Shown here: in pieces, positions 1 to 9,182 of the stretch
How the letters are laid out: each line of letters opens with the position of its first letter
How positions within the stretch are numbered: the first letter of the stretch is position 1
Assembly: GCA_965368975.1 (NCBI GenBank)
Contig: CBDUPA010000001.1
Location: forward strand, 160,001 to 224,000
Direction of reading: 5' to 3'
Length of the DNA: 64,000 bases
From: an uncultured bacterium
GTDB lineage: Bacteria; Acidobacteriota; Thermoanaerobaculia; Multivoradales; JAHZIX01
Notes under the pieces: generated by a model
Seen by the model: the letters and a program-made list of their open reading frames with translations, nothing else
Databases searched by the model: none
What the model was told of the DNA's origin: nothing
Made by a program: the position numbers and the translations under genes

Positions 1-1
1 A

Positions 2-3000
2 CCAGATGGTGGAGAAGCAGCGACCGAGGCAGAAAAGGCAGGCTCAGGGCAGCTGCTCTCCTTCGCCCAGCTACGCCTGTGGCCGCTGGTGAGCACGCAC
101 CTCGACGCGTCGTGCTGCAACCTGCCGCTGGTCCTACGCCTCGACGGACGGCTGCGTCCAGCGCAATTGACGGCAGCGGTGGCGCAAGTGGTCGAGCGGC
201 ATTCCGTGCTCCGCACCACCTTCTCGTCGACTTCCGCGGAACCTGTGCAGCGACTCACTGCTCCGTTCAGGCCTCGCTTGCCGGTGGTCGATCTGAGCGC
301 CTTGATCGACGGCCAGCGTCAGCGCGTGGCGCAGCGACTCGGTGACGCGTCACGCTGTCGTTCCTTTAATCTGCGCCGCGGCCCCCTGCTGCGGCTGCTA
401 CTGCTGCGCTTGTCGTCCGCCAAAGCTGCGCAGCAACACCTCGCCGTGTTCACCTTGCACCAGCTGGTCGCCGACGCCTGGTCGGCCCGCCTGCTGGTGC
501 ACGAGGTGTCGCAGCTCTACGCCGCGTCGATCGAGCAGCGCCCGTCGCCGCTGGCCGCGCTGGCGCTGCAGTACGGTGACTATGTCGACTGGCAGCGGGG
601 CTGGATGCAGGGCGAAGTGCTCGAGCAGGAGCTGGCCTGGTGGCGCGAGGAACTGCGGGGCGCGGCGTGGGATCTGCCCTTGCCGAGCGACCGATCTGCC
701 GCTGCCGGAGACGTGCCGGAACTGCCGATCCGAGGCGTACCCATCACGCTGTCATCCACGCTCACCGCCCGCGTGCACGAACACGCTCGGCAGGTCGGCG
801 GCACACCCTACATGGTGCTGCTGACAGCGTTCCAGGTGCTTCTCGGTCGCTGGGTGGGCAGCACGGCAGCCACGCGCGAAGACAGCCGCGACCTGGTGGT
901 CGGCACGCCCATTCCGGGGCGTCCACGGCCCGAGCTGGAGGCGCTCCTGGGGCGCTTCGCCGACCTCCTGCTGGTGCGTGCCGAGTTGCCGCCCGGTACG
1001 ACCTTCTCGGCGCTGCTCCGGCGTCAGCGCCAGCGCATCGTCGACGCCCACGCGCACCAGCACCTGCCGTCGGCTCTGCTGATGGCTCCCGCGGCCGAGT
1101 CCGTATCGGCACTCTTTGCGCTGGAGCCGGCCACACCGGCTGACTTCGACCTGCTGGGTGTGCGCGTCGAGCAACTGGCTGCCGGACCACGTGCCGCTGG
1201 AGTCGAGGTCGCGCTGCGTCTGGCGGAGCAGCCGGCGGAGCCACCAGCCGCGTCTGGTACGTCTCTGGTGGGCAGTTCCCTGACAGGCAGCCTCGAGTAC
1301 CGCCCCGAGCGCTTCGACACCACCACGATCCGTCGCCTGGCCAGTGCCTTCGAGTGCCTCCTGACGGCTGCGCTGGCGAAGCCGGAGCGTCCGCTGGACG
1401 CCTTGCCGCTGCTGTCAACCGCCGTGCGCCACCAGGTGCTGTGCGAATGGGCCCAGTCCGAAGCTCGCGAAGACGAGACGGGCCCCGAGACCGGCATTCT
1501 CGACCGCTTCGCCCACCAGATCCGGGTGCGGCCGGACGCGGTAGCGCTCAGCTGGCAGGACGACCTCGCCGCCGCCGGGCACAGTCTCAGCTACCGGGTG
1601 CTCGCCCGGCGTGCCGCGTCGCTGGCCGAAGAGTTGCGCGCTGCCGGCGTAGGTACCGAGACGCCGGTCGCCATCGAGCTCGAGCGCGGTCCAGAGCTGA
1701 TCCTTGCGCTGCTGGCGATCGTGCAGGCGGGGGGAACGTATGTGCCGGTCGATCCGGCGTATCCGGCGGCGCGGCGGCAGTGGTTGATGGATGATGCGGG
1801 CGTCCAGGTGGTGGTGTCAGAAACTGGAATACGGCGCCGGAGGGGGGCGGCAACGCCCGGTCCGGGCACCCGCCCGGCAGATGGCCAAGCCCTGCTCTAC
1901 ATTCTCTACACCTCCGGCTCCACCGGTGTGCCGAAAGGCGTCGGCACGCCCGACCGCGGCGTGTTGCGCCTGGTCCAGGACGGTGTCTACGCCGACTTTG
2001 GACCGGACCAGACGTGGCTGCAACTAGCGACGCCGTCGTTCGATGCTTCGACGGTGGAAATCTGGGGCGCGTTACTGCACGGTGGCCGGCTGGCGCTGTA
2101 TCCGCCGCGCGTGCCCTCGCCGGCGGCGCTGACGGACTTCGTGCGTCGCCAGGCGGTGACCTCGATGTGGTTGACGGCGGGCCTGTTCGAGCAGGCGGCA
2201 CAGCACCAGGAGAGGGCAGCCACCGCTGGACTCGGCGCCGAACCCTACGAGGGACCGCGCTGGCCGACGGCGCGTCAGCTGCTGGCGGGGGGCGACGTGG
2301 TGTCGCCGGCGGCGGTGCGGCGGATGCTGGCGGCCAACCCGCGCTTGACGGTGATCGACGGCTACGGTCCGACTGAGAACTCCACCTTCACCACCTGCGC
2401 CCGCATCGCGCGCCACGAGCTGGAACACCCGGAGACCCAGTCTGCCAAGCCCCTGCCCATCGGTCGACCGATCGCCGGCACTGACGTCTACGTGCTCGAT
2501 AGCGCGCTCCGGCCTGTGTTGCCCGGCGCGGTAGGCGAGCTGTGCACCGGCGGAGCGGGGCTGGCGCGCGGCTATCTGGGACGACCAGCGCGCACCGCCG
2601 AGGCCTTCGTGCCGCATCCCTTCGCCGGCCCGACGGACCGCGGTCGACGTCTGTACCGCACCGGCGACCGCGTGCGTTTCCGCTCTGACGGCCGGCTCGA
2701 CTTCCTCGGGCGCCTCGATCGCCAGCTCAAGCTGCGCGGCTTCCGCGTCGAACCGGGGGAGATCGAGGCGCGGCTGCAGCAGCGGCCGGATGTCGAAGCG
2801 GCGGCGGTTGTGGTGCTGGGAGAGGGTACGGCTCTGCAGCTAGTGGCGGCAGTGTCGGTCGGCGCGACGTCACTGGAAGGCTCAACATCGCTCGAAGACC
2901 GTGAACTCAGTGCCTTGCTGCTCGATGACCTGCGCGGGCAGCTGCCGCCCTACCTGGTACCCGCCGAGTTGACGGTGCTGCCCGCCCTGCCGCTGACCCC

Positions 3001-6000
3001 GCAGGGCAAGATCGACCGTCGTACCCTGGCGCGGCAGCTCGAGGCGGTGTGGCGCGATGGGGGCTCGCACGAGGTGCCGCACGACGGGACGAGTGCGGCC
3101 GCTGTTGCAGAAGAGAGAGTCCACCACCAGGCGGTGGTACCGGAAATCGTCGCCGAGGAGGAAGCCCCGTCGACCGAGGAAGTCCCGTCGACCGAGGAAG
3201 CCCCGTCGACCGAGGAAGTCCCGTCGACCGAGGAAGCCCCGTCGACTGAAGAAGCCCCGTCGACTGAAGAAGCCCTGCGCGAGATCTTTGCTCGCGTGCT
3301 GCGGCGTCCGCACGTCGGCGTGGGTGACGACTTCTTCAAGCTCGGTGGGCACTCGCTGTCGGCGACGCAGGTGATTGCCTTCATCGCGCGCGACCTGGAG
3401 GTCGACATCCGCCTGCGTACCTTCTTCGATCACCCGACCGCCGAGGCGCTGGCACCGCACGTCGACCGAGCGCGCCGGCCGGCAGCATCCGCGCCGCCAG
3501 CAGTTCCGGCCTCGGCTCAGCCTCAGCCGCCCGCTGCCGAAGACACGGTGGCCCCTTCGCCGGGAAGCCTCGAGCCGCTACGGGCGTCGAGCGAGAGTCG
3601 AGGCGGCGACGGCGTCGAGGCGTCGCTTTCCTTCGCGCAGGAGCGCCTGTGGCTGATCGAGAGGCTGCACCCGGGCTCGTCGGCCTACAACGTGCCGGCC
3701 GTGCTGCGCCTGCGCGGACTGTTGCGACCCGCGGCCTTGACGCGCACAGTGAGCGAGATCGTGCGCCGGCACCAGGTGCTGCGCTCCAGCATCCGTGGCG
3801 ACGGTGACGGCGCGGTGCAGCGCGTCGAGCCTTCGCGCCCGCTGGTGGTGCCGGTGGTCGACCTGCAGCGGCTGCGGCCGGCTCGGCGGGCGTCGGTAGC
3901 GGCGTCTCTGCGCGACACTGAGGCGTCCGTACCCTTCGATCTCGCCAAGGCCCCGCTGCTGCGCCTACTGCTGCTGCGCCTCGCACCACTCGAGCACACG
4001 GCCGTCTTGACCGTCCACCACATCGCCTCCGACGGCTGGTCGATGGGCATCCTGGTGCGCGAGCTCACGGCCTTGTACTCGGCATTGGTGGGTTCTGGCG
4101 CCGTCGAGGAGGCGCCCGCTCGAGCAGACCGGGTGCTGCCCGAACTCGAACTGCAGTATGCCGACTTCGCCAGCTGGCAGCGAGGCTGGCTGCAGGGTGA
4201 CGTGTTGCAGCAAGAGATCGACTGGTGGCTTCGCCAGCTGCAGGGGGCACCGCGGGTGCTGTCCCTGCCGGTCGACCGTCCGGCGGCCGGACCGCAGGCG
4301 CGCGACTGGAGCGGCGGTAGTGCCCCGATCGCGCTGTCCAAGGAAACGACCGAGCGCTTGCGCGAGCTGGCCCAGAGCCGCGGCGCAACGCTCTTCATGG
4401 TCCTACTCGCCGGTTTCCAGGCCGCTCTGGGTCGTTGGTGCGGCCAGCGCGACCTGCTCGTTGGCTCACCGGTTGCCGGTCGCACGCGTGCCGAGCTGGA
4501 ACCGCTGGTCGGTTTCTTCGTCAACACCATCGTGCTGCGTGGCCGGCTGCAGGGCAGCTTCCTCGACCTGCTCGACCAGGCGAAGCAGCACACCCTGGAC
4601 GCCTACGAACACCAGCACCTGCCGTTCGCCCGCCTGGTCGAGGCCGTGGCCGAGGACCGCGAGCTGGCACGCTCGCCGCTGGTGCAGGTGCTGTTCGTGC
4701 TGCAGAATGCGCCGTCCGAGCAGCTGCGGTTGCCGGAACTCGAGATCAGTGGCGAGAGCCCGGCCAGGCCGGAGGCCAAGTTCGAGTTGACGCTGGCCCT
4801 GGGGGAGACAGCAGACGGTCTGCGCGGTGGTCTCGAATACCGCCGCCAGCTGTTCGACGCTAGCACTCTGCAGCGCTTGCTGCGTGGCTGGCGTGTGCTG
4901 CTGAGTGCTGCCGTCGCGGCACCCGAGACACCGCTGTGGCAGCTACCCTTGTTCGACGCCGCGCAGCGCCACCAGGTGCTGGTGGAGTGGGGAAGCGGCC
5001 CGATACCCGGCGACATTCGGACTGGCGAGGTACCCGCCGCCATCCACGACGCCTTCGCCGCGATCGCTCAGCGGCAGCCGGACGCCACCGCCGTCAGCGC
5101 CGATGCGGGCGTGCCGATGGCGCTCAGCTATCGTTGCCTGCACGAAGAGTCCGGCCGCCTGGCGGGCTACCTGCAGTCGTTGGGGGTGCGTCCCGGCACG
5201 CCCGTCGCTCTCCTGCTCGATCGCTCGCCTGAGCTGATCCTGGCGCTGCTCGCCGTGCTGCGGGCGGGAGGTGCCTACCTGCCGCTCGACCTGTCCAGCC
5301 CACCGGCACGCTGGCGCCAGTTGCTCGACGACGCCGACGTCGAGGTGGTGCTGACCGTCGACGCGGTGGTCACCGGACTCGCGCACGACCTGCCCCTGGA
5401 GCAGGAACGCTTGGTGTTCCTCGACCGCGAGGCCGAGGCCATCGCCGCCTGCCGCGCTCCGCAAGCGACCGTGACGCCGGATCATCCCGCTTACATCCTC
5501 TACACCTCCGGTTCGACCGGCCGGCCCAAGGGGGTCGTGGTGCCGCACCGGGCGGTGCGTCGCCTTGTGTCGGACACCCGGTCTCTGGGGGGCTCGGCGT
5601 TGCCAGGTGGCCCGGGGGCTGCGAGTGACGTCTGGTTGCAGATGGCGCCGGTCTCGTTCGACGCCTCGACGTTGGAGATCTGGACGCCGTTGCTGACCGG
5701 CGGGCGTCTGGCTCTCTTGTCGTCGCGGCTGCCGGAGCTCGACGCACTCGCGGACGCAATTCAGCGGGCCGCCGTCACCTCGCTGTGGCTGACCGCCGGC
5801 CTGTTCACCCAGATGGTCGACCGAGAAGTGGTGCCGCGGAATTCGCCGGCCCTCGGCCGCCTGCACCGGCTGCTCGCTGGCGGCGACGTGCTGTCGCCAC
5901 CGCGCGTAGAGGCGCTGCGCCGTGCGTATCCGCTGTTGCGCCTGATCAATGGCTACGGTCCGACGGAAAACACCACCTTCACGACCTGCCACGGCATGGG

Positions 6001-6991
6001 CGGTTCGGTACCTGCCGAGGATTTGCGGCGCGTACCGATCGGGCGTCCGATCGCCGGTACGCAGGTGTTACTGCTCGATCGCGAAGCCATGCCGGTGGCG
6101 GTCGGCTCGGTCGGTGCGCTGTGCACCGGGGGCGCGGGCCTGGCACAAGGGTACCTCGGTCAGCCGTCGCGCACCGCGGAGGTCTTCCTGCCGCACCCGC
6201 TGGCCGGGCGGTTGGTGGATGTCGCGGCCGGCGCGCGTATGTACGACACCGGCGACCAGGCGCGCTTCCTGGCCGATGGTGCCCTCGACTTCCTCGGTCG
6301 GCGCGACCGTCAGCTCAAGATTCGCGGCTTCCGCATCGAGCCGGGCGAAGTCGAGGCGGCGCTCGTACGACTGGATGGCGTCGCCCGGGCTGCGGTGGTA
6401 CCGCAGCCGGATCCGGCAGGCGGTGCGCGTCTGGTCGCGTACGTGGTGCCCTCCACGGAAGCTCGTGCTGCCGAGATCTCTGCCGGCGAAGACCCCACGG
6501 ACAGCTGGAGCGCTCGCCTGCGGCTGGCCTTGACCGAGGCGCTACCCCTGCACCTGGTACCGGCGCTCTTCGTCCAGCTCGACGAACTGCCGCTGACCGA
6601 GCGCGGCAAGCTCGACCGCGCCGCTTTGCCGGTGCCCGAGGCGCAGGCGGAGGCGGAGTATGTGGCGCCGCGCGACGACCTGGAGCAGGCGCTGGCCGAT
6701 CTCTGGCAAGACCTGCTACAGGTGCCGCGCGTCGGTGCCCACGACAGCTTCTTCCAACTCGGCGGCCACTCGCTTTTGGCGACCCAGCTCAGCAGCCGCC
6801 TGCTCGATCGCTTCCGCGTCGATCTGCCGCTGGTCCACCTGTTCGAGGCGCCGACCATCGCAGGTCTGGCGGCGACGCTGCGAGCACGGGCACCACAACC
6901 GGAGCGCCTGGAGAAGATCGCGCGCGCCCTGGTCAAGCTGCGCCGCATGTCACCGGAAGAGAAGCAGCGCTTGAAAAAGCCTTCTGGCTGA
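2..6991 (+). CDS. Non-ribosomal peptide synthetase, 5'-truncated by window; C*-A-PCP-C-A-PCP, no thioesterase
   Basis: Frame is open to the window edge and reads LLSFAQLRLW (C1 motif) before the track start. A-domain cores YTSGSTG, GYGPTE, YRTGD/YDTGD; PCP motifs FFKLGGHSL and FFQLGGHSL; second C motif HHIASDG. Confidence 0.96.
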   Translation, partial: PDGGEAATEAEKAGSGQLLSFAQLRLWPLVSTHLDASCCNLPLVLRLDGRLRPAQLTAAVAQVVERHSVLRTTFSSTSAEPVQRLTAPFRPRLPVVDLSALIDGQRQRVAQRLGDASRCRSFNLRRGPLLRLLLLRLSSAKAAQQHLAVFTLHQLVADAWSARLLVHEVSQLYAASIEQRPSPLAALALQYGDYVDWQRGWMQGEVLEQELAWWREELRGAAWDLPLPSDRSAAAGDVPELPIRGVPITLSSTLTARVHEHARQVGGTPYMVLLTAFQVLLGRWVGSTAATREDSRDLVVGTPIPGRPRPELEALLGRFADLLLVRAELPPGTTFSALLRRQRQRIVDAHAHQHLPSALLMAPAAESVSALFALEPATPADFDLLGVRVEQLAAGPRAAGVEVALRLAEQPAEPPAASGTSLVGSSLTGSLEYRPERFDTTTIRRLASAFECLLTAALAKPERPLDALPLLSTAVRHQVLCEWAQSEAREDETGPETGILDRFAHQIRVRPDAVALSWQDDLAAAGHSLSYRVLARRAASLAEELRAAGVGTETPVAIELERGPELILALLAIVQAGGTYVPVDPAYPAARRQWLMDDAGVQVVVSETGIRRRRGAATPGPGTRPADGQALLYILYTSGSTGVPKGVGTPDRGVLRLVQDGVYADFGPDQTWLQLATPSFDASTVEIWGALLHGGRLALYPPRVPSPAALTDFVRRQAVTSMWLTAGLFEQAAQHQERAATAGLGAEPYEGPRWPTARQLLAGGDVVSPAAVRRMLAANPRLTVIDGYGPTENSTFTTCARIARHELEHPETQSAKPLPIGRPIAGTDVYVLDSALRPVLPGAVGELCTGGAGLARGYLGRPARTAEAFVPHPFAGPTDRGRRLYRTGDRVRFRSDGRLDFLGRLDRQLKLRGFRVEPGEIEARLQQRPDVEAAAVVVLGEGTALQLVAAVSVGATSLEGSTSLEDRELSALLLDDLRGQLPPYLVPAELTVLPALPLTPQGKIDRRTLARQLEAVWRDGGSHEVPHDGTSAAAVAEERVHHQAVVPEIVAEEEAPSTEEVPSTEEAPSTEEVPSTEEAPSTEEAPSTEEALREIFARVLRRPHVGVGDDFFKLGGHSLSATQVIAFIARDLEVDIRLRTFFDHPTAEALAPHVDRARRPAASAPPAVPASAQPQPPAAEDTVAPSPGSLEPLRASSESRGGDGVEASLSFAQERLWLIERLHPGSSAYNVPAVLRLRGLLRPAALTRTVSEIVRRHQVLRSSIRGDGDGAVQRVEPSRPLVVPVVDLQRLRPARRASVAASLRDTEASVPFDLAKAPLLRLLLLRLAPLEHTAVLTVHHIASDGWSMGILVRELTALYSALVGSGAVEEAPARADRVLPELELQYADFASWQRGWLQGDVLQQEIDWWLRQLQGAPRVLSLPVDRPAAGPQARDWSGGSAPIALSKETTERLRELAQSRGATLFMVLLAGFQAALGRWCGQRDLLVGSPVAGRTRAELEPLVGFFVNTIVLRGRLQGSFLDLLDQAKQHTLDAYEHQHLPFARLVEAVAEDRELARSPLVQVLFVLQNAPSEQLRLPELEISGESPARPEAKFELTLALGETADGLRGGLEYRRQLFDASTLQRLLRGWRVLLSAAVAAPETPLWQLPLFDAAQRHQVLVEWGSGPIPGDIRTGEVPAAIHDAFAAIAQRQPDATAVSADAGVPMALSYRCLHEESGRLAGYLQSLGVRPGTPVALLLDRSPELILALLAVLRAGGAYLPLDLSSPPARWRQLLDDADVEVVLTVDAVVTGLAHDLPLEQERLVFLDREAEAIAACRAPQATVTPDHPAYILYTSGSTGRPKGVVVPHRAVRRLVSDTRSLGGSALPGGPGAASDVWLQMAPVSFDASTLEIWTPLLTGGRLALLSSRLPELDALADAIQRAAVTSLWLTAGLFTQMVDREVVPRNSPALGRLHRLLAGGDVLSPPRVEALRRAYPLLRLINGYGPTENTTFTTCHGMGGSVPAEDLRRVPIGRPIAGTQVLLLDREAMPVAVGSVGALCTGGAGLAQGYLGQPSRTAEVFLPHPLAGRLVDVAAGARMYDTGDQARFLADGALDFLGRRDRQLKIRGFRIEPGEVEAALVRLDGVARAAVVPQPDPAGGARLVAYVVPSTEARAAEISAGEDPTDSWSARLRLALTEALPLHLVPALFVQLDELPLTERGKLDRAALPVPEAQAEAEYVAPRDDLEQALADLWQDLLQVPRVGAHDSFFQLGGHSLLATQLSSRLLDRFRVDLPLVHLFEAPTIAGLAATLRARAPQPERLEKIARALVKLRRMSPEEKQRLKKPSG
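3158..3275 (+). repeat. In-frame 18-bp tandem repeat, 6 copies plus a partial, encoding EE(A/V)PST in the A-PCP linker
   Basis: GAGGAAG(C/T)CCCGTCGAC(C/T) units read directly; last copies begin GAAGAAG. Confidence 0.95.
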
Positions 6992-7241
6992 GGACCGTCT
7001 GGGTTGCCCCCTCGGCCTTGGACCCTTGGCCTTGACAAGCGGGTGACGCCCTGGCATGCTCTGGGGGTTCCTTACCTTCCTTTCCTGCTTTGGGTCCTTC
7101 AGATATCCCGGTTCTACCGGTACCTATTCCGCATTTCGCGGTGATGGCTTTCCTTTCCTTGCAGTGGAGATATGTGTTCCCAATGGCATTGTGCCGTTGG
7201 AACGATCTTCTGTGCTCGGGTCCTATGCTCTGGAGGATGAG

Positions 7242-8918
7242 ATGAAATTCAACAGCAAAGTTTCCCTGACCTGTACCCTGGCTGTCGCCTTCTTGGTGAT
7301 GGCCATGCCGGCGCTGGCGGCTTCGAGCCTGTTCGCGCCGCAGGCCTTCACCGAGCGGTCGATGTATACCTTCGACGGCGAGGCGGCGGCCCATCAGATG
7401 TACGTGCGTCACGGCTTCCTGACCTCCAACCAGGTCGGCGCCGCGATGGACAGCGCGCGCACCGTCGGCGTGACCGACGAAGAGTTGCAGGGCGTTTTCG
7501 ATCACAACGAGCTGCGCCAGCGTGTCGGCGTCGCCAAGGACGTCGACTTCGCCATCACCCCGGGTGAGCGCGGTGGCTTCGGCGCCACGCGCATGAGCCG
7601 CGACGGCTTCACCTGGACCGGCGTCGTGCGTTCGCCGGGCGCCGCCGCCCTGCGCCTGCACTTCAGCGACGTCAACCTGCCGGATGGCGTCGAGCTGTTC
7701 GTCTACAACAGCCTGGGCGAGGCCTGGGGCCCGTACACCGGCCAGGGTCCGATCAACAACAGCGGCGACTTCTGGGCTCAGACCGTGGTCGACGACGAAG
7801 TGTTCGTGCAGCTGAGCTACAAGGGCAATGACGTGCGTGGTGCCATGAACGGCACCAGCCTGCGTCTGGCCGGCGTCGGTCACCTCACCGAGGCCTTCCA
7901 GCTGGCCGCCAGCCGCCGCGCGGCGCTGACCAACGACAAGGCTTTCTGCAGCTTCAACGAGAACTGTGTCAACAACGCCAACTGTGGCAGCACCAACTCG
8001 GCCGTCAATGGTGCCCGGGACGCCGTGGCGCACATGCAGTTCGTCAGCGGTCCTTGGGTCTACATCTGCTCGGGCGGCCTGCTGGCCGACACTGACAGCG
8101 GCAGCCAGATCCCGTACTTCCTGACCGCCAACCACTGCCTGAGCAGCAGCAACGTCGCTTCGACGCTGGAGAACTTCTTCCAGTTCGACACCCCGTGCGG
8201 CGGCTCCTGCTACAACCCGGACGGCGTCGTGCCGAGCACCCTGGGTTCGACCCTGCTGGCCACCAACAGCAGCAGCGACTTCACCTTCCTGCAGCTGAGC
8301 CAGGCCGCTCCGGCCGGTAGCGCCTTCCTGGGCTGGAACGCCTCGCCGGTGGCCTTCAGCGGCGGCACCAACCTGTACCGCATCAGCCATCCGAGCGGCG
8401 CGCCGCAGGCCTACTCGGCCAATGTGGTCGACACCAACAAGGGCACCTGCAGCACGCTGCCGCGTGGCAACTTCATCTACAGCACCGACGTTTCCGGCGC
8501 CACCGAGGGTGGTAGCTCCGGTTCGCCGGTGGTCAACGGCAGCGGCCAGGTGGTCGGTCAGCTGTACGGCGCCTGTGGCTTCAACGTCAACGATCCGTGC
8601 GACAGCGCCTCCAACGCCACCGTCGACGGCGCCTTCGCCACCACCTTCTCGAGCATCTCGCAGTGGCTCGATCCGGGCACCAGCTGCACGGACTCTGATG
8701 GCGATGGCTCCTGCGCCGCCGACGACTGCGACGACAACGACCCGACTGCCTTCCCGGGTGCCGCCGAGCTGTGCGGTGACGGCGTCGACAACGACTGCGA
8801 CGGCACCGTCGACGAAGGTTGCGGCGTCTGCTTGCCGGTCGGCGCTGCCTGCGTCGACAACGGCGACTGCTGCGGCAACAAGTGCAAGGGCAAGAGCGGT
8901 AGCAAGACCTGTAAGTAA
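7242..8918 (+). CDS. Secreted trypsin-like (S1, lysyl endopeptidase-like) protease with MopE-type Cys/Asp repeat and C-terminal cystine-knot-like tail
   Basis: GGAGG RBS at 7232-7236; signal peptide; FLTANHC, SDFTFL, TEGGSSGSP triad motifs; DCDDND..PGA.ELCGDGVDNDCDG repeat. Confidence 0.9.
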   Translation: MKFNSKVSLTCTLAVAFLVMAMPALAASSLFAPQAFTERSMYTFDGEAAAHQMYVRHGFLTSNQVGAAMDSARTVGVTDEELQGVFDHNELRQRVGVAKDVDFAITPGERGGFGATRMSRDGFTWTGVVRSPGAAALRLHFSDVNLPDGVELFVYNSLGEAWGPYTGQGPINNSGDFWAQTVVDDEVFVQLSYKGNDVRGAMNGTSLRLAGVGHLTEAFQLAASRRAALTNDKAFCSFNENCVNNANCGSTNSAVNGARDAVAHMQFVSGPWVYICSGGLLADTDSGSQIPYFLTANHCLSSSNVASTLENFFQFDTPCGGSCYNPDGVVPSTLGSTLLATNSSSDFTFLQLSQAAPAGSAFLGWNASPVAFSGGTNLYRISHPSGAPQAYSANVVDTNKGTCSTLPRGNFIYSTDVSGATEGGSSGSPVVNGSGQVVGQLYGACGFNVNDPCDSASNATVDGAFATTFSSISQWLDPGTSCTDSDGDGSCAADDCDDNDPTAFPGAAELCGDGVDNDCDGTVDEGCGVCLPVGAACVDNGDCCGNKCKGKSGSKTCK

Positions 8919-8975
8919 GTCTGACGCCGACAAGGTAGCCCCTTGTGAAGCGCAGGCCATCGCGGCCTGACACCA

Positions 8976-9013
8976 GCAAGCCCCGGGGATTTCCTCGGGG
9001 CTTGCGCTATTTC
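8976..9013 (+). terminator. Intrinsic terminator-like hairpin
   Basis: GCAAGCCCCG...CGGGGCTTGC stem followed by a short T-rich run. Confidence 0.7.
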
Positions 9014-9182
9014 AGGGGCTTGCCGGCAGCCGTGCTGCACCTAGCGGGCGAGTTTGACAGCAGCGATGCTCCCTGCCATCCTACGAAGGCTCAAATCTCA
9101 TCGCGTCTGCTGGCGGCATCGTGTCGCCGGGGCGTTCCCAATGTCGTGTTGGGTCCTTCGGAAAAGCAAGGAGAACTGTTCT

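Noticed and set aside
7170-7203. Hairpin and TGGCA motif upstream of protease 1 as riboswitch or sigma54 promoter
   Set aside because: No GC at -12 spacing and no recognisable riboswitch consensus.
6933-8960. 675-aa minus-strand ORF and many other long overlapping ORFs (e.g. 28699-30708, 32976-34547, 40886-42799)
   Set aside because: Shadow frames of well-supported genes in high-GC DNA; no recognisable motifs.
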